From NCBI GenBank assembly GCA_944381125.1, contig CALWKB010000017.1, forward strand, positions 8,092-72,091: a stretch of DNA of 64,000 nucleotides. Reading direction: 5' to 3'. The position numbers were made by a program, and so were the translations under genes. Of the stretch, positions 18,982 through 28,404 are shown piece after piece; position 1 is the stretch's first letter; the number at the start of each line of letters is the position of its first letter. Below the pieces are notes generated by a model. That model was not told the DNA's origin and searched no databases. It saw nothing but the letters and a program-made list of their open reading frames with translations. The DNA comes from an uncultured Mediterraneibacter sp. Lineage in GTDB: Bacteria > Bacillota > Clostridia > Lachnospirales > Lachnospiraceae.

Positions 18982-19566
18982 ATGAAAAATATGTTTATTA
19001 TTGCAGGACTTGGAAATCCTTCAGGGAAATACGAGGGAACAAGACACAATGTCGGATTTGATGTAATAGACCGCATTGCGGAAAAATATAATATATCCGT
19101 AGACACGAAAAAGCATCTGGCCCTGACCGGAAAAGGGATAATCGAAGGCCGGAAAGTAATTCTTATAAAACCGCAGACATTTATGAATCTGAGCGGGGAG
19201 AGTATACGGAGCGCGGTGGATTTTTATAAAGCGGATCCGTCTCAGGAACTGATCGTGATATATGATGATGTAAATCTGGCGCCGGGCCAGCTGCGAATCC
19301 GCGAAAAGGGAAGCGCGGGCGGTCACAACGGTATAAAAAATATTATCGCGCATCTGGGAACACAGGTGTTTCCGCGGATCCGTGTAGGAGTCGGAGAAAA
19401 ACCGGCAGGATATGACCTTGCGGATTATGTGCTGGGGCATTTCAGCAGGGCGGAGAAGGAAAAGATGGAAGAGGGATACGACCGGGCTGCGGACGCGGCG
19501 CGGATGATTCTGTCCGGCGATATCGGAGGAGCTATGAGTACGTATAACCGGAAAATCGAATCATAA
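18982..19566 (+). CDS. pth: Peptidyl-tRNA hydrolase
   Basis: GLGNP..KY..TRHNVGF, KPQTFMNLSG, GSAGGHNG. Confidence 0.98.
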   Translation: MKNMFIIAGLGNPSGKYEGTRHNVGFDVIDRIAEKYNISVDTKKHLALTGKGIIEGRKVILIKPQTFMNLSGESIRSAVDFYKADPSQELIVIYDDVNLAPGQLRIREKGSAGGHNGIKNIIAHLGTQVFPRIRVGVGEKPAGYDLADYVLGHFSRAEKEKMEEGYDRAADAARMILSGDIGGAMSTYNRKIES

Positions 19567-19590
19567 TCCGGGAAGAAAGAGAGGAACGGC

Positions 19591-22500
19591 ATGCAGGCTT
19601 TATTATCTCCGCTGACAGAGCTTGCGGACTATCAGGAAATCGTAAAAAAAAGAGGCAGGGAAAAAGGATATATTCAGATCGCGGGCTGTGTGAATTCGCA
19701 GAAAACGCATCTGATGTACGCGCTGAGCGATGGCTGGGAATACCGGGTCATCGCTTTTTCCAGTGAGGAAAAAGCAAAAAAAGCGTATGAGGAATACCGT
19801 TTCCTCAGTGATGATGTGTGGCTGTATCCGGCAAGAGATTTTCTCTTTTATCATGCCGACATAAAAGGAATGCTGCTGACAAGCAGGCGCATGGAAGTGC
19901 TGCGTTCGCTGCTTGAAAAGAAAGAAGACAGAGAAATTACTGTTATTACTACAATTGACGCCTTCCTGGACGGTCTGCCCTCTTTGGAGGAGCTTGGAAA
20001 GCGCAGAATATCTCTGGCCGCCGGGCAGACGGTGGATTTCGCCCTGCTTCAGGAACGGCTGGCAGGAGCGGGATATGAAAGGGAAAGCCAGATCGAAAGC
20101 CCGGGACAATTTGCCGTGAGAGGCGGTATACTGGACGTATATCCGCTGACGGAGGATATGCCTGTGCGAATCGAACTCTGGGGCGATGAGATTGATTCCA
20201 TACGAAGTTTTGACGCGGAAAGCCAGCGCTCGGTGGAAAATCTGGAAAAGGTGGAAATATATCCGGCTTCGGAGAATCAGGAGCCGGGAGGGAAAACCGT
20301 ATCTTTTCTGGATTATTTCCCGGTGAAAAAAACGCTGGTGTTTCTGGATGAGCCTGTCCGTCTTCTTGAGAAAGCGGATGAGGTTGAAGAGGAGTATGTA
20401 CACAGTATGCAGAACCGGGAGGACGCCGGGATGGATCCGGCGGAAGAGACTCTTACGGTTTATCCTCTGGCGGAAATTACAGAGAAGTTCAACGGTTATT
20501 CGGGCATTGCGTGCACTACGCTGGAGTCACGGTGCGGAGATTTTAAGATCAGCAGCACTTACAGTATTCAGACTAAAAGCATCAATCCGTACAACGGCAG
20601 TTTCGAGCTGCTGACCAGGGATCTGAAAAACATGAAGCGCACCGGCAGCAGAGTTGTGCTTTTGTCCGGCTCCAGAACCCGCGCAAAACGGCTTGCAGAG
20701 GATCTGAGGGATTATGATCTGAGCAGTTTTTACAGCGAAGATATGGAGCGGCGCGTCAATCCCGGCGAGATCATGGTTTCCTACGGACACGTATCGGAAG
20801 GATATGAGTATCCCATGCTGAAATTTGCAGTGATTTCAGAGACGGATATATTCGGAAGGAAGAAAAAGAAAAAGCGCCGCAGACGGTTCGACGGGCAGAG
20901 AATCAGAGACTTTGCCGAACTGAGGCCGGGAGATTTTGTCGTCCATGAAAACCACGGGGTGGGCGTTTACCGGGGAATCGAAAAAGTCGAAGTAGACAAA
21001 GTAGTCAAAGACTATCTGAAAATTTCCTATGCGGAAGGCGGCGTGCTTTACATTCCTGTGGCGCAGATGGATCTTATTCAGAAATATTCCGGAGCGGAAG
21101 GGAAAAAACCGAAGCTTAATAAGCTGGGGACGTCTCAGTGGAGCAGAACGAAAAGCCAGGTGAAGAAAGCAGTCCGGACGGTGGCGAAAGATCTGGTGGA
21201 GCTGTACGCCGCAAGGCAGCAGGCGGAAGGATTTGTGTACGGCCCGGATACCGTGTGGCAGAAAGAATTCGAGGAAATGTTTCCGTTTGAGGAGACGGAA
21301 GATCAGGCGCAGGCTATTGCGGATACAAAGCGTGATATGGAGAGCACAAAGATAATGGACCGGCTGATCTGCGGAGATGTGGGATACGGCAAGACAGAGA
21401 TTGCGATCCGCGCCGCGTTCAAGGCCGTTCAGGAAGGCAAACAGGTCGTTTATCTTGTTCCGACTACGATTCTCGCCCAGCAGCATTACAATACGTTTGT
21501 TCAGAGAATGAAGGATTTCCCCGTGCGGATTGATCTCCTGTGCCGGTTCAGGACCGCGCTTCAGCAGAAGAAGACGGTGGAGGATCTGAAAAAAGGGCTT
21601 GTGGATATTGTAATCGGCACGCACCGGGTGCTTTCAAAAGACGTGGGCTATAAAGACCTGGGGCTCCTGATTATAGACGAAGAACAGAGATTCGGAGTTA
21701 CCCATAAGGAAAAGATCAAAAAACTCAGGGAAAATGTAGATGTGATGACTCTGACGGCCACGCCGATCCCGAGAACTCTTCATATGAGTCTTATCGGAAT
21801 CCGGGATATGAGCGTGCTGGAGGAGGCTCCGCAGGACCGTATGCCCGTTCAGACTTATGTTATGGAGTATAATGACGAGATGGTGAGGGAAGCCATCGAG
21901 CGGGAGCTGTCCAGAGACGGGCAGGTATATTATGTGTATAACCGCGTCAGTGACATTGCCGATGTGGCCGGAAAGATACAGAAAATGCTTCCCGAGGCAA
22001 ATGTGGCATTCGCCCACGGACAGATGAGCGAGAGACAGCTGGAAGATATTATGTACGATTTTATAAACGGCGATATCGACGTGCTCGTATCAACGACGAT
22101 TATAGAAACCGGCCTTGATATTCCGAACGCAAATACAATGATTATCCAGGACGCGGACCGGTTCGGCCTTTCCCAGCTGTATCAGCTCCGTGGCCGCGTG
22201 GGGCGCTCAAGCCGCATGGCTTATGCGTTTCTTCTGTACCGGAGAGATAAGCTGCTGAAAGAAGTGGCGGAAAAACGTCTTGCCGCTATCCGGGAGTTTA
22301 CTGATCTGGGCTCCGGCATTAAGATCGCCATGCGGGATCTCGAGATCCGCGGCGCGGGCAACCTTCTGGGAGAGGCTCAGAGCGGACATATGGAGGCTGT
22401 CGGATATGATATGTACTGCAAAATGCTCAGCGAGGCGGTAAAGGAACTCAAGGGCGGCGAAGCGGAGGAAGTGTATACGACAACCATGGACCTGAATGTA

Positions 22501-22935
22501 GACGCATATATTCCTTCGTCTTATATTAAAAATGAATTCCAGAAACTTGATATTTACAAACGGATCGCGGCTATTGAGACCGAAGAAGAGATGGACGATA
22601 TGCTGGAAGAACTGATCGACCGGTTCGGAGATATTCCGAAAAAAGTACAGCAGCTTCTGCATATCGCCCTGCTCAAAGGCCTGGCTCATTCCGCTTATGT
22701 AACCGCAGTGGAGCAGAAAGGAAAGAAAATAAAATTTACCATGTATGAACGGGCCGGGATCGACCCGGGAAAGATTCCGGAACTTCTGAAAAAATACGGG
22801 CCGGATCTGATTTTCAGAACCGGGGAGCCGCCGTATTTTCTGTATGAGAAAAAAGGAAGAAGCGGAAAGGACAGCGGAGCGGAGATTCTGGAAACAATCC
22901 GGAATGTGCTGGAGGATATCAGGAGTCTCGGATAA
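19591..22935 (+). CDS. mfd: Transcription-repair coupling factor
   Basis: RGGILD, VVHENHGVG, CGDVGYGKTE, DEEQRFGV, QLRGRVGRS, DLEIRGAGNLLG. Confidence 0.98.
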   Translation: MQALLSPLTELADYQEIVKKRGREKGYIQIAGCVNSQKTHLMYALSDGWEYRVIAFSSEEKAKKAYEEYRFLSDDVWLYPARDFLFYHADIKGMLLTSRRMEVLRSLLEKKEDREITVITTIDAFLDGLPSLEELGKRRISLAAGQTVDFALLQERLAGAGYERESQIESPGQFAVRGGILDVYPLTEDMPVRIELWGDEIDSIRSFDAESQRSVENLEKVEIYPASENQEPGGKTVSFLDYFPVKKTLVFLDEPVRLLEKADEVEEEYVHSMQNREDAGMDPAEETLTVYPLAEITEKFNGYSGIACTTLESRCGDFKISSTYSIQTKSINPYNGSFELLTRDLKNMKRTGSRVVLLSGSRTRAKRLAEDLRDYDLSSFYSEDMERRVNPGEIMVSYGHVSEGYEYPMLKFAVISETDIFGRKKKKKRRRRFDGQRIRDFAELRPGDFVVHENHGVGVYRGIEKVEVDKVVKDYLKISYAEGGVLYIPVAQMDLIQKYSGAEGKKPKLNKLGTSQWSRTKSQVKKAVRTVAKDLVELYAARQQAEGFVYGPDTVWQKEFEEMFPFEETEDQAQAIADTKRDMESTKIMDRLICGDVGYGKTEIAIRAAFKAVQEGKQVVYLVPTTILAQQHYNTFVQRMKDFPVRIDLLCRFRTALQQKKTVEDLKKGLVDIVIGTHRVLSKDVGYKDLGLLIIDEEQRFGVTHKEKIKKLRENVDVMTLTATPIPRTLHMSLIGIRDMSVLEEAPQDRMPVQTYVMEYNDEMVREAIERELSRDGQVYYVYNRVSDIADVAGKIQKMLPEANVAFAHGQMSERQLEDIMYDFINGDIDVLVSTTIIETGLDIPNANTMIIQDADRFGLSQLYQLRGRVGRSSRMAYAFLLYRRDKLLKEVAEKRLAAIREFTDLGSGIKIAMRDLEIRGAGNLLGEAQSGHMEAVGYDMYCKMLSEAVKELKGGEAEEVYTTTMDLNVDAYIPSSYIKNEFQKLDIYKRIAAIETEEEMDDMLEELIDRFGDIPKKVQQLLHIALLKGLAHSAYVTAVEQKGKKIKFTMYERAGIDPGKIPELLKKYGPDLIFRTGEPPYFLYEKKGRSGKDSGAEILETIRNVLEDIRSLG

Positions 22936-23094
22936 TTATGTCAGTTTTGTGTTTTCTACTTGTTAGAAGAGGGAAAACACGTTATAATGTATCAGTATAT
23001 GCGGGCATTAGAGATACTACAATACAGGCCCGCCGCCGGGGAAGCCAGATAAGACAGGTCGGAAGCTCCGGCGGAAGAAGAGGAGGCTATACAG

Positions 23095-24258
23095 ATGATG
23101 CGATTAAGAAAAGGCGCGGCGATAGCTGCGGCCGCAGGCGCTCTGACGGCGATGACAGTTACGGGATGCAGCGGTTCTCTGGATCCGGATGCAGTAGTTA
23201 TGACCGTAGGCGGCGAGGAGGTTACTCTCGGAGTTGCCAATTTTTATGCCAGAATGACTCAGGCGCAGTATGAAACTTACTATCTCGGCATGATGAGCAG
23301 CAACGGGATGACGATGACTGCGGAAGATATGTGGAATCAGGAGTATGACGGGGAGACGACGGAAGAGTCGACAAAGGAGAGTCTTCTGGAAAGTCTGCAG
23401 AATATGTATGTGATTTCCCAGCATGCGGAGGAGTATGATGTAAGCCTTACAGAAGATGAGGAGAAGGCGATCAGCGACGCTGCGGATCAGTTTGGCAAAG
23501 ATAATACAGACGAAGCGAAGGACAAAGTATCCGGCTACAAAAAGGATATCGAAAAATATCTGGAGCTTGTAACTATTCAGACGAAGATGGACAGCGCCAT
23601 GAAAGAAGGCGTTGACGAGGAAGTTTCCGATGAGGAAGCGGCGCAGAAGGCAATGGATTATGTGTTCTTCTCTTACACGACGACAGATGATTCCGGCGCT
23701 ACGGTCGCTCTTTCGGATGATGAGAAAACAGCTCTGAAAACGACGGCGGAAAATCTGACGGAGCGGGTGAAAAACGGAGAAGAAATGGCGGATGTAGCCG
23801 AGGAATCTTCCACGGCGGTTCAGGAAGCGACATTTGACGCCGAGACATCCACTTATGACGCGGATCTTATCGCCGCGGCGGACGCTCTGGCGGAGGTCGG
23901 AGATGTGACAGATGTGATAGAGACGGACAACGGCCTTTATGTTGCGCAGCTTACAAGTCTTCTTGACCGGGACGCTACGGATACGAAAAAACAGGAAATC
24001 GTGGAAGAGAGAAAGCAGGAACAGTACGATTCCCTTCTGGAAGACTGGAAGGACGCTGCCGATATTGAAGTGGACGAGAAAGTCTGGGACAAGATTGACT
24101 TTATTGATCAGGGTGTAACGATTATTACTTCAGAGGACGAGGAGAGCACGGAGGAAGGCACGTCCGCGGAAGACAGTGAAGATACATCCGACAGCGGCTC
24201 TTCGGAAGATGAAGCGTCATCCGGCGAAGAGGCGGCGGATGAAGGCACGGAAGAATGA
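23095..24258 (+). CDS. PrsA/SurA-like foldase lipoprotein, very acidic
   Basis: Lipobox TVTGC; SurA-N-like helical region and parvulin-like region (DVIETDNGLYV); typical position after mfd. Confidence 0.7.
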   Translation: MMRLRKGAAIAAAAGALTAMTVTGCSGSLDPDAVVMTVGGEEVTLGVANFYARMTQAQYETYYLGMMSSNGMTMTAEDMWNQEYDGETTEESTKESLLESLQNMYVISQHAEEYDVSLTEDEEKAISDAADQFGKDNTDEAKDKVSGYKKDIEKYLELVTIQTKMDSAMKEGVDEEVSDEEAAQKAMDYVFFSYTTTDDSGATVALSDDEKTALKTTAENLTERVKNGEEMADVAEESSTAVQEATFDAETSTYDADLIAAADALAEVGDVTDVIETDNGLYVAQLTSLLDRDATDTKKQEIVEERKQEQYDSLLEDWKDAADIEVDEKVWDKIDFIDQGVTIITSEDEESTEEGTSAEDSEDTSDSGSSEDEASSGEEAADEGTEE

Positions 24259-25643
24259 GGACGCTGATAAAAAACGGTAAAATTGTCACGGAAGCTCAGG
24301 TATATTCCGGAGACATTCTTGTTGAAGACGGGAAAATAAAGGAAATAGGAACCGGTCTTTCCGACAGAGACGCGGACGTAATAGACGCGTCCGGAAAGTA
24401 TGTGCTTCCGGGAGCCGTCGACGTGCATACGCATATGGATCTGCAGGCGGGCCGGTACCGGGCGGTGGATGACTTTTATGACGGAACTGTCGCGGCGGCC
24501 TGCGGCGGGACAACAACGATTGTAGACCATATGGCTTTCGGTCCTGCCGGATGCAGCCTGTGGCATCAGGTGGAAGAATATCACAGACTGGCTGACGGGA
24601 AAGCGGTGATCGATTATGGATTTCACGGAGTGATCCAGCATGTGGACGACAGTGATTTAAAAGAAATGAATGAGATCGCCGAAAAGGAAGGGATTACCAG
24701 CTTTAAAGCATACATGACTTATGATTTTATGCTGAAGGATGATCAGCTCTTCCGCGTGCTCCGGGAAGCGGGAAAAGACGGAATTGTGATTGCCGTCCAC
24801 TGCGAAAATGACGGAGTAATCGGGTATCTGCGGGGGAAATATAAGGATGAGGGCCATACGGAGCCGAAATATCATCCGTTGAGCCGCCCGGCAGGATGTG
24901 AGGCGGAAGCGGTTTCAAGAATACTTCATCTTGCAGCGATGGCGGACGACGCGCCGCTGTATATTGTGCATCTCTCGGGAAGGGAAGGGCTGGAAGAAGT
25001 GATAAAGGCAAGGAGATCAGGCCAGAAACATTTCGCTGTGGAGACCTGCACGCAGTATCTTACCCTGACGGATGATTTGTACCAGGATGACAGAGAGGGG
25101 TTAAAAGCGATCATGTCCCCTCCGCTTCGAAAGAAGGAAGATCAGGATGCATTGTGGAAAGCGCTTTCCGACGGTGTGCTGGATGTTGTAGCCACCGACC
25201 ACTGTCCGTTTAATTACGAAGTGGAAAAACAGGCCGGAGCGAAGGATTTTACCGTCTGCCCGAACGGGGCGCCCGGTGTGGAAGAACGTCTGAGGGTAAT
25301 GTATTCCGAGGGAGTCGCGAAGAAACGGATTACGCTTCCCCAGCTGGTGAAATATCTCTGTACAAATCCGGCGCGGATGTACGGACTGTATCCGGAAAAA
25401 GGCGCGCTGCTTCCGGGAAGCGATGCGGATTTGGTAATTTTTGACCCGGCAAAGGAAAAAGTGCTTACTCACCGGGACATGCACAGCGCCGTAGATTATA
25501 CCTGTTATGAAGGTATGAATGTAAAAGGGGACATCGACCTCGTTATGCAGAGAGGAAAGACAATTGTTAAAGACAATGTATTTCTCGGAAAAAAAGGAGA
25601 CGGAAAATATCTGAAGCGCTCAAAAAGCGTTCTGGCGGAATAA
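24255..25643 (+). CDS. hydA: Dihydropyrimidinase / D-hydantoinase
   Basis: PG.VDVHTH, GGTTT, SFK, VHCEN, VHLS, ATDHCPF, G.PGVEER. Confidence 0.9.
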   Translation: MRTLIKNGKIVTEAQVYSGDILVEDGKIKEIGTGLSDRDADVIDASGKYVLPGAVDVHTHMDLQAGRYRAVDDFYDGTVAAACGGTTTIVDHMAFGPAGCSLWHQVEEYHRLADGKAVIDYGFHGVIQHVDDSDLKEMNEIAEKEGITSFKAYMTYDFMLKDDQLFRVLREAGKDGIVIAVHCENDGVIGYLRGKYKDEGHTEPKYHPLSRPAGCEAEAVSRILHLAAMADDAPLYIVHLSGREGLEEVIKARRSGQKHFAVETCTQYLTLTDDLYQDDREGLKAIMSPPLRKKEDQDALWKALSDGVLDVVATDHCPFNYEVEKQAGAKDFTVCPNGAPGVEERLRVMYSEGVAKKRITLPQLVKYLCTNPARMYGLYPEKGALLPGSDADLVIFDPAKEKVLTHRDMHSAVDYTCYEGMNVKGDIDLVMQRGKTIVKDNVFLGKKGDGKYLKRSKSVLAE

Positions 25644-25664
25644 AAACCGTCCGACGCGATTGCG

Positions 25665-25709
25665 AAAAAAAGCCGGAGCGGACTGTGGAGGCAGTCCGGC
25701 TCCGGCTTT
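25665..25709. terminator. Terminator hairpin between convergent genes
   Basis: aaagccggagc-ggactg / cagtcc-g-gctccggcttt with an upstream A-run. Confidence 0.8.
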
Positions 25710-25721
25710 GCAGTTCAGGGA

Positions 25722-26207
25722 TCAGATATATTCCAGTTTTTCGAAATAGTGCATGAGGATATCGGCACAGTTTTCTACACCGAGTTCGCTGGTGTCGATA
25801 ATCATGTGATAATCGTTTACGTCGCCCCATGTTTTTCCTGTGTGCTCATAATAATAAGCGGCTCTTTCCTCATCCGTCCGTTCGACTTTTTCTTTCGCGT
25901 CTTCATAGCTCAGATTGTCTTTGCCCATAATTCTGTGAATGCGGTCTTCCTTGTCGGCGCAGACGAAAATGTTCAGCACGTTCATACGGTCTCTCAGAAT
26001 GTCGGACGCGCACCGGCCGAGTATAATGCAGGGCTTTTCTGCAAGCTTACGGATTGCCTCAGCTTCACTTTCATACATATGATCATGAATCTGTTCTTCT
26101 ATGTAGGCCTTATCATATACAGGAATGTCAAGCCTTTCAGAAAGCTCTTTTGCAATAATACTTGCCCCCGTCCCAAAACGGCGGCTCATGGTGATTACTA
26201 ATTTCAT
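25722..26207 (-). CDS. Cytidylate kinase-like family protein
   Basis: VITMSRRFGTG...IAK.L, IILGRCA, R.AYY..HTG..WGD...YH..IDTS. Confidence 0.85.
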   Translation of the reverse strand: MKLVITMSRRFGTGASIIAKELSERLDIPVYDKAYIEEQIHDHMYESEAEAIRKLAEKPCIILGRCASDILRDRMNVLNIFVCADKEDRIHRIMGKDNLSYEDAKEKVERTDEERAAYYYEHTGKTWGDVNDYHMIIDTSELGVENCADILMHYFEKLEYI

Positions 26208-26359
26208 AAGAACTCCTCCTTTGTAGACAAAATGTAGGCTGAATCCTATTATAGCACTTCTTTTTCATTTTGTCTTGCTTCTGTTTCGCATTCTGCTAAA
26301 ATGATTATGACGGCAGTCAGAACTACGAAAAAGTGAAAGACAGCAATATGGAGGAGAAT

Positions 26360-27310
26360 ATGACAGGTTTGGAATATGGCGCGCAGCGTGTAATTGAAGA
26401 AGTGGAAAAAGCGGTTGTCGGGAAGAAAGATGTTCTGACAAAAATAATGACGGCAATTCTGGCCGGCGGGCATATCCTGATCGAAGATATACCGGGAACC
26501 GGAAAGACGACAATGGCTCTTGCCTTTTCGAAGGCAATGGGACTGAAAGCGCGGAGAGTGCAGTTTACGCCGGATGTCCTGCCGGCGGATCTGACCGGTT
26601 TTAATATTTATCAGAAAGAAACAGGCAAATTTGTCTATCAGCCGGGAGCGGTTATGTGTAATCTTCTGCTGGCTGATGAGATTAACCGTACGTCTCCGAA
26701 AACTCAGTCGGCTCTTCTGGAAGTAATGGAGGAGCAGCAGGTCACGGTAGACGGCGTGACCCGGAAGACAGGGCGGCCTTTCATAGTAATCGCCACAGAA
26801 AACCCAGCGGGTTCCGCGGGGACCCAGCTTCTGCCTGAATCTCAGCTGGACCGCTTTATGATATGTGTAAGTATGGGATATCCTACGGTAGAAGAAGAGA
26901 TGGAGATTATGAACAGGAGCCGTGAAGAGGACCGTACGTCCGGAATCCGTCCGATTCTTGGCGCGCCGACGCTGCTGGAGATGATGGAGGAGGCGCGCGG
27001 AATATACATGCACGAGAGAATCAGCCGTTATATTGCAGAGCTGGCAAAAGCCACAAGGGAAGATTCTTTTACAGAGCTGGGTATAAGTCCCAGAGGCACG
27101 GTGGCTCTGACGGCGATGGCAAAAGCATGCGCGTATTTAAAAGGGCGGGAGTATGTAATTCCTTCGGACGTGGAAGAAGTATTTCCCTGCGTGGCTTCAC
27201 ACAGAATTATTCTGAATATGAAGGCAAAAGTCGGCCGCGTAAAGGTGGAAGAAATTGTCCGGCAGATTCTCGAAAGAGTGGAAAAGCCGGCGCTGAGGAC
27301 AAGGCGGTAG
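26360..27310 (+). CDS. MoxR-family AAA+ ATPase
   Basis: HILIEDIPGTGKT, QFTPDVLPAD, ADEINRTSPKTQSALLE, ESQLDRF, SPRG. Confidence 0.95.
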   Translation: MTGLEYGAQRVIEEVEKAVVGKKDVLTKIMTAILAGGHILIEDIPGTGKTTMALAFSKAMGLKARRVQFTPDVLPADLTGFNIYQKETGKFVYQPGAVMCNLLLADEINRTSPKTQSALLEVMEEQQVTVDGVTRKTGRPFIVIATENPAGSAGTQLLPESQLDRFMICVSMGYPTVEEEMEIMNRSREEDRTSGIRPILGAPTLLEMMEEARGIYMHERISRYIAELAKATREDSFTELGISPRGTVALTAMAKACAYLKGREYVIPSDVEEVFPCVASHRIILNMKAKVGRVKVEEIVRQILERVEKPALRTRR

Positions 27311-27314
27311 AAAA

Positions 27315-28370
27315 ATGATCAGAAGAACGGCAGGGTATCTGGCAGTGCTTCTTTTCACTGCCTATCTGTTTTTTATGTATGACGCGGAGGCTCTTTCGGG
27401 AATGCTGGCGCTTTGCTGCCTGTATCCGGTTTTTTCCGCGGCCTGGCTTCTTTTTGCCGGGAAAAAGGCGGTTCCGGATCTTTACAGAGTGCCTTCTGTG
27501 GGAGAGGCGGGAAAACAGGTAAAAGCAGGAATATCGGTAAAAAATATGTCGGCGCATAATTGCCTGCGATATGAGGCCGTTTTGTCCGTAGGGGGCAGGC
27601 GCGGGAAAAAACGCGCGAAAAGGCGGCTTGGCGGCGCGCTGGAGCCCGGAGGGACAGAAACAGTATGGTGCGTGTTTGAAGCGCGCTATTGCGGAATTAC
27701 GGAAATATGCCTGGAAAGTATAAAGGTATACGATTTTCTTGGAATTTTTTACAGAAAAGTAAAATGGAACAAAAAGGCGCAGGTGAAGATTATGCCGGAA
27801 TTCCGGCTTATGCCCCTGGAAATTACAAGGAAAACAAGAGAATTTCAGGCGGAGGCCCAGGAGTTTTCCGGACAGCGCAGAGGCGATGACCCCTCTGAGA
27901 TCTATCAGGTCAGAGAATATAAAGAAAAGGATTCTCTGAAAGATATTCACTGGAAATTAAGCGCGAGAGAAGAAAAACTGATGGTAAAGGAACGCAGTTT
28001 TCCACTGGGCTGCGTTGTGCTTATCTATATTGATTACCGAAAGGAAAATGAGTCGGAATCCGGTTTTTCGCATATGCTCGAGACGGTTGCATCGCTCTCC
28101 GTTACGCTGGCGGAGGAAAAATGTATTCACATGGCCGCATGGTATGAGGAAAAGAATGAAAGAATTATCAGATGGAGGATTTCCGACGCGGAAAGCGCCT
28201 GCGAGATGATCTGGGGACTTATGGAAGCGGAACCATGCCGGGACGCGGAAAAATCGGAGGCCTGTTACAAAGACGCGTTCCGGGGTGTGGAATTCAGCAG
28301 CATTATAACGGTTGACGGAAACGGGGATATGAAAAAGGACGGAGAATCCTTTGATTTTCTCCGTGTGTAA
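27315..28370 (+). CDS. DUF58 domain protein
   Basis: N-terminal TM helices; VREY...DSLKDIHWKLSAR..LMVKE signature. Confidence 0.88.
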   Translation: MIRRTAGYLAVLLFTAYLFFMYDAEALSGMLALCCLYPVFSAAWLLFAGKKAVPDLYRVPSVGEAGKQVKAGISVKNMSAHNCLRYEAVLSVGGRRGKKRAKRRLGGALEPGGTETVWCVFEARYCGITEICLESIKVYDFLGIFYRKVKWNKKAQVKIMPEFRLMPLEITRKTREFQAEAQEFSGQRRGDDPSEIYQVREYKEKDSLKDIHWKLSAREEKLMVKERSFPLGCVVLIYIDYRKENESESGFSHMLETVASLSVTLAEEKCIHMAAWYEEKNERIIRWRISDAESACEMIWGLMEAEPCRDAEKSEACYKDAFRGVEFSSIITVDGNGDMKKDGESFDFLRV

Positions 28371-28404
28371 CCCGGATCCGGACAGGAAGAGGGAGAAGCG
28401 AAAA

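Noticed and set aside
22938-23273. 111-aa ORF between mfd and the foldase gene
   Set aside because: It spans the promoter region and overlaps the foldase out of frame; no RBS or recognisable product
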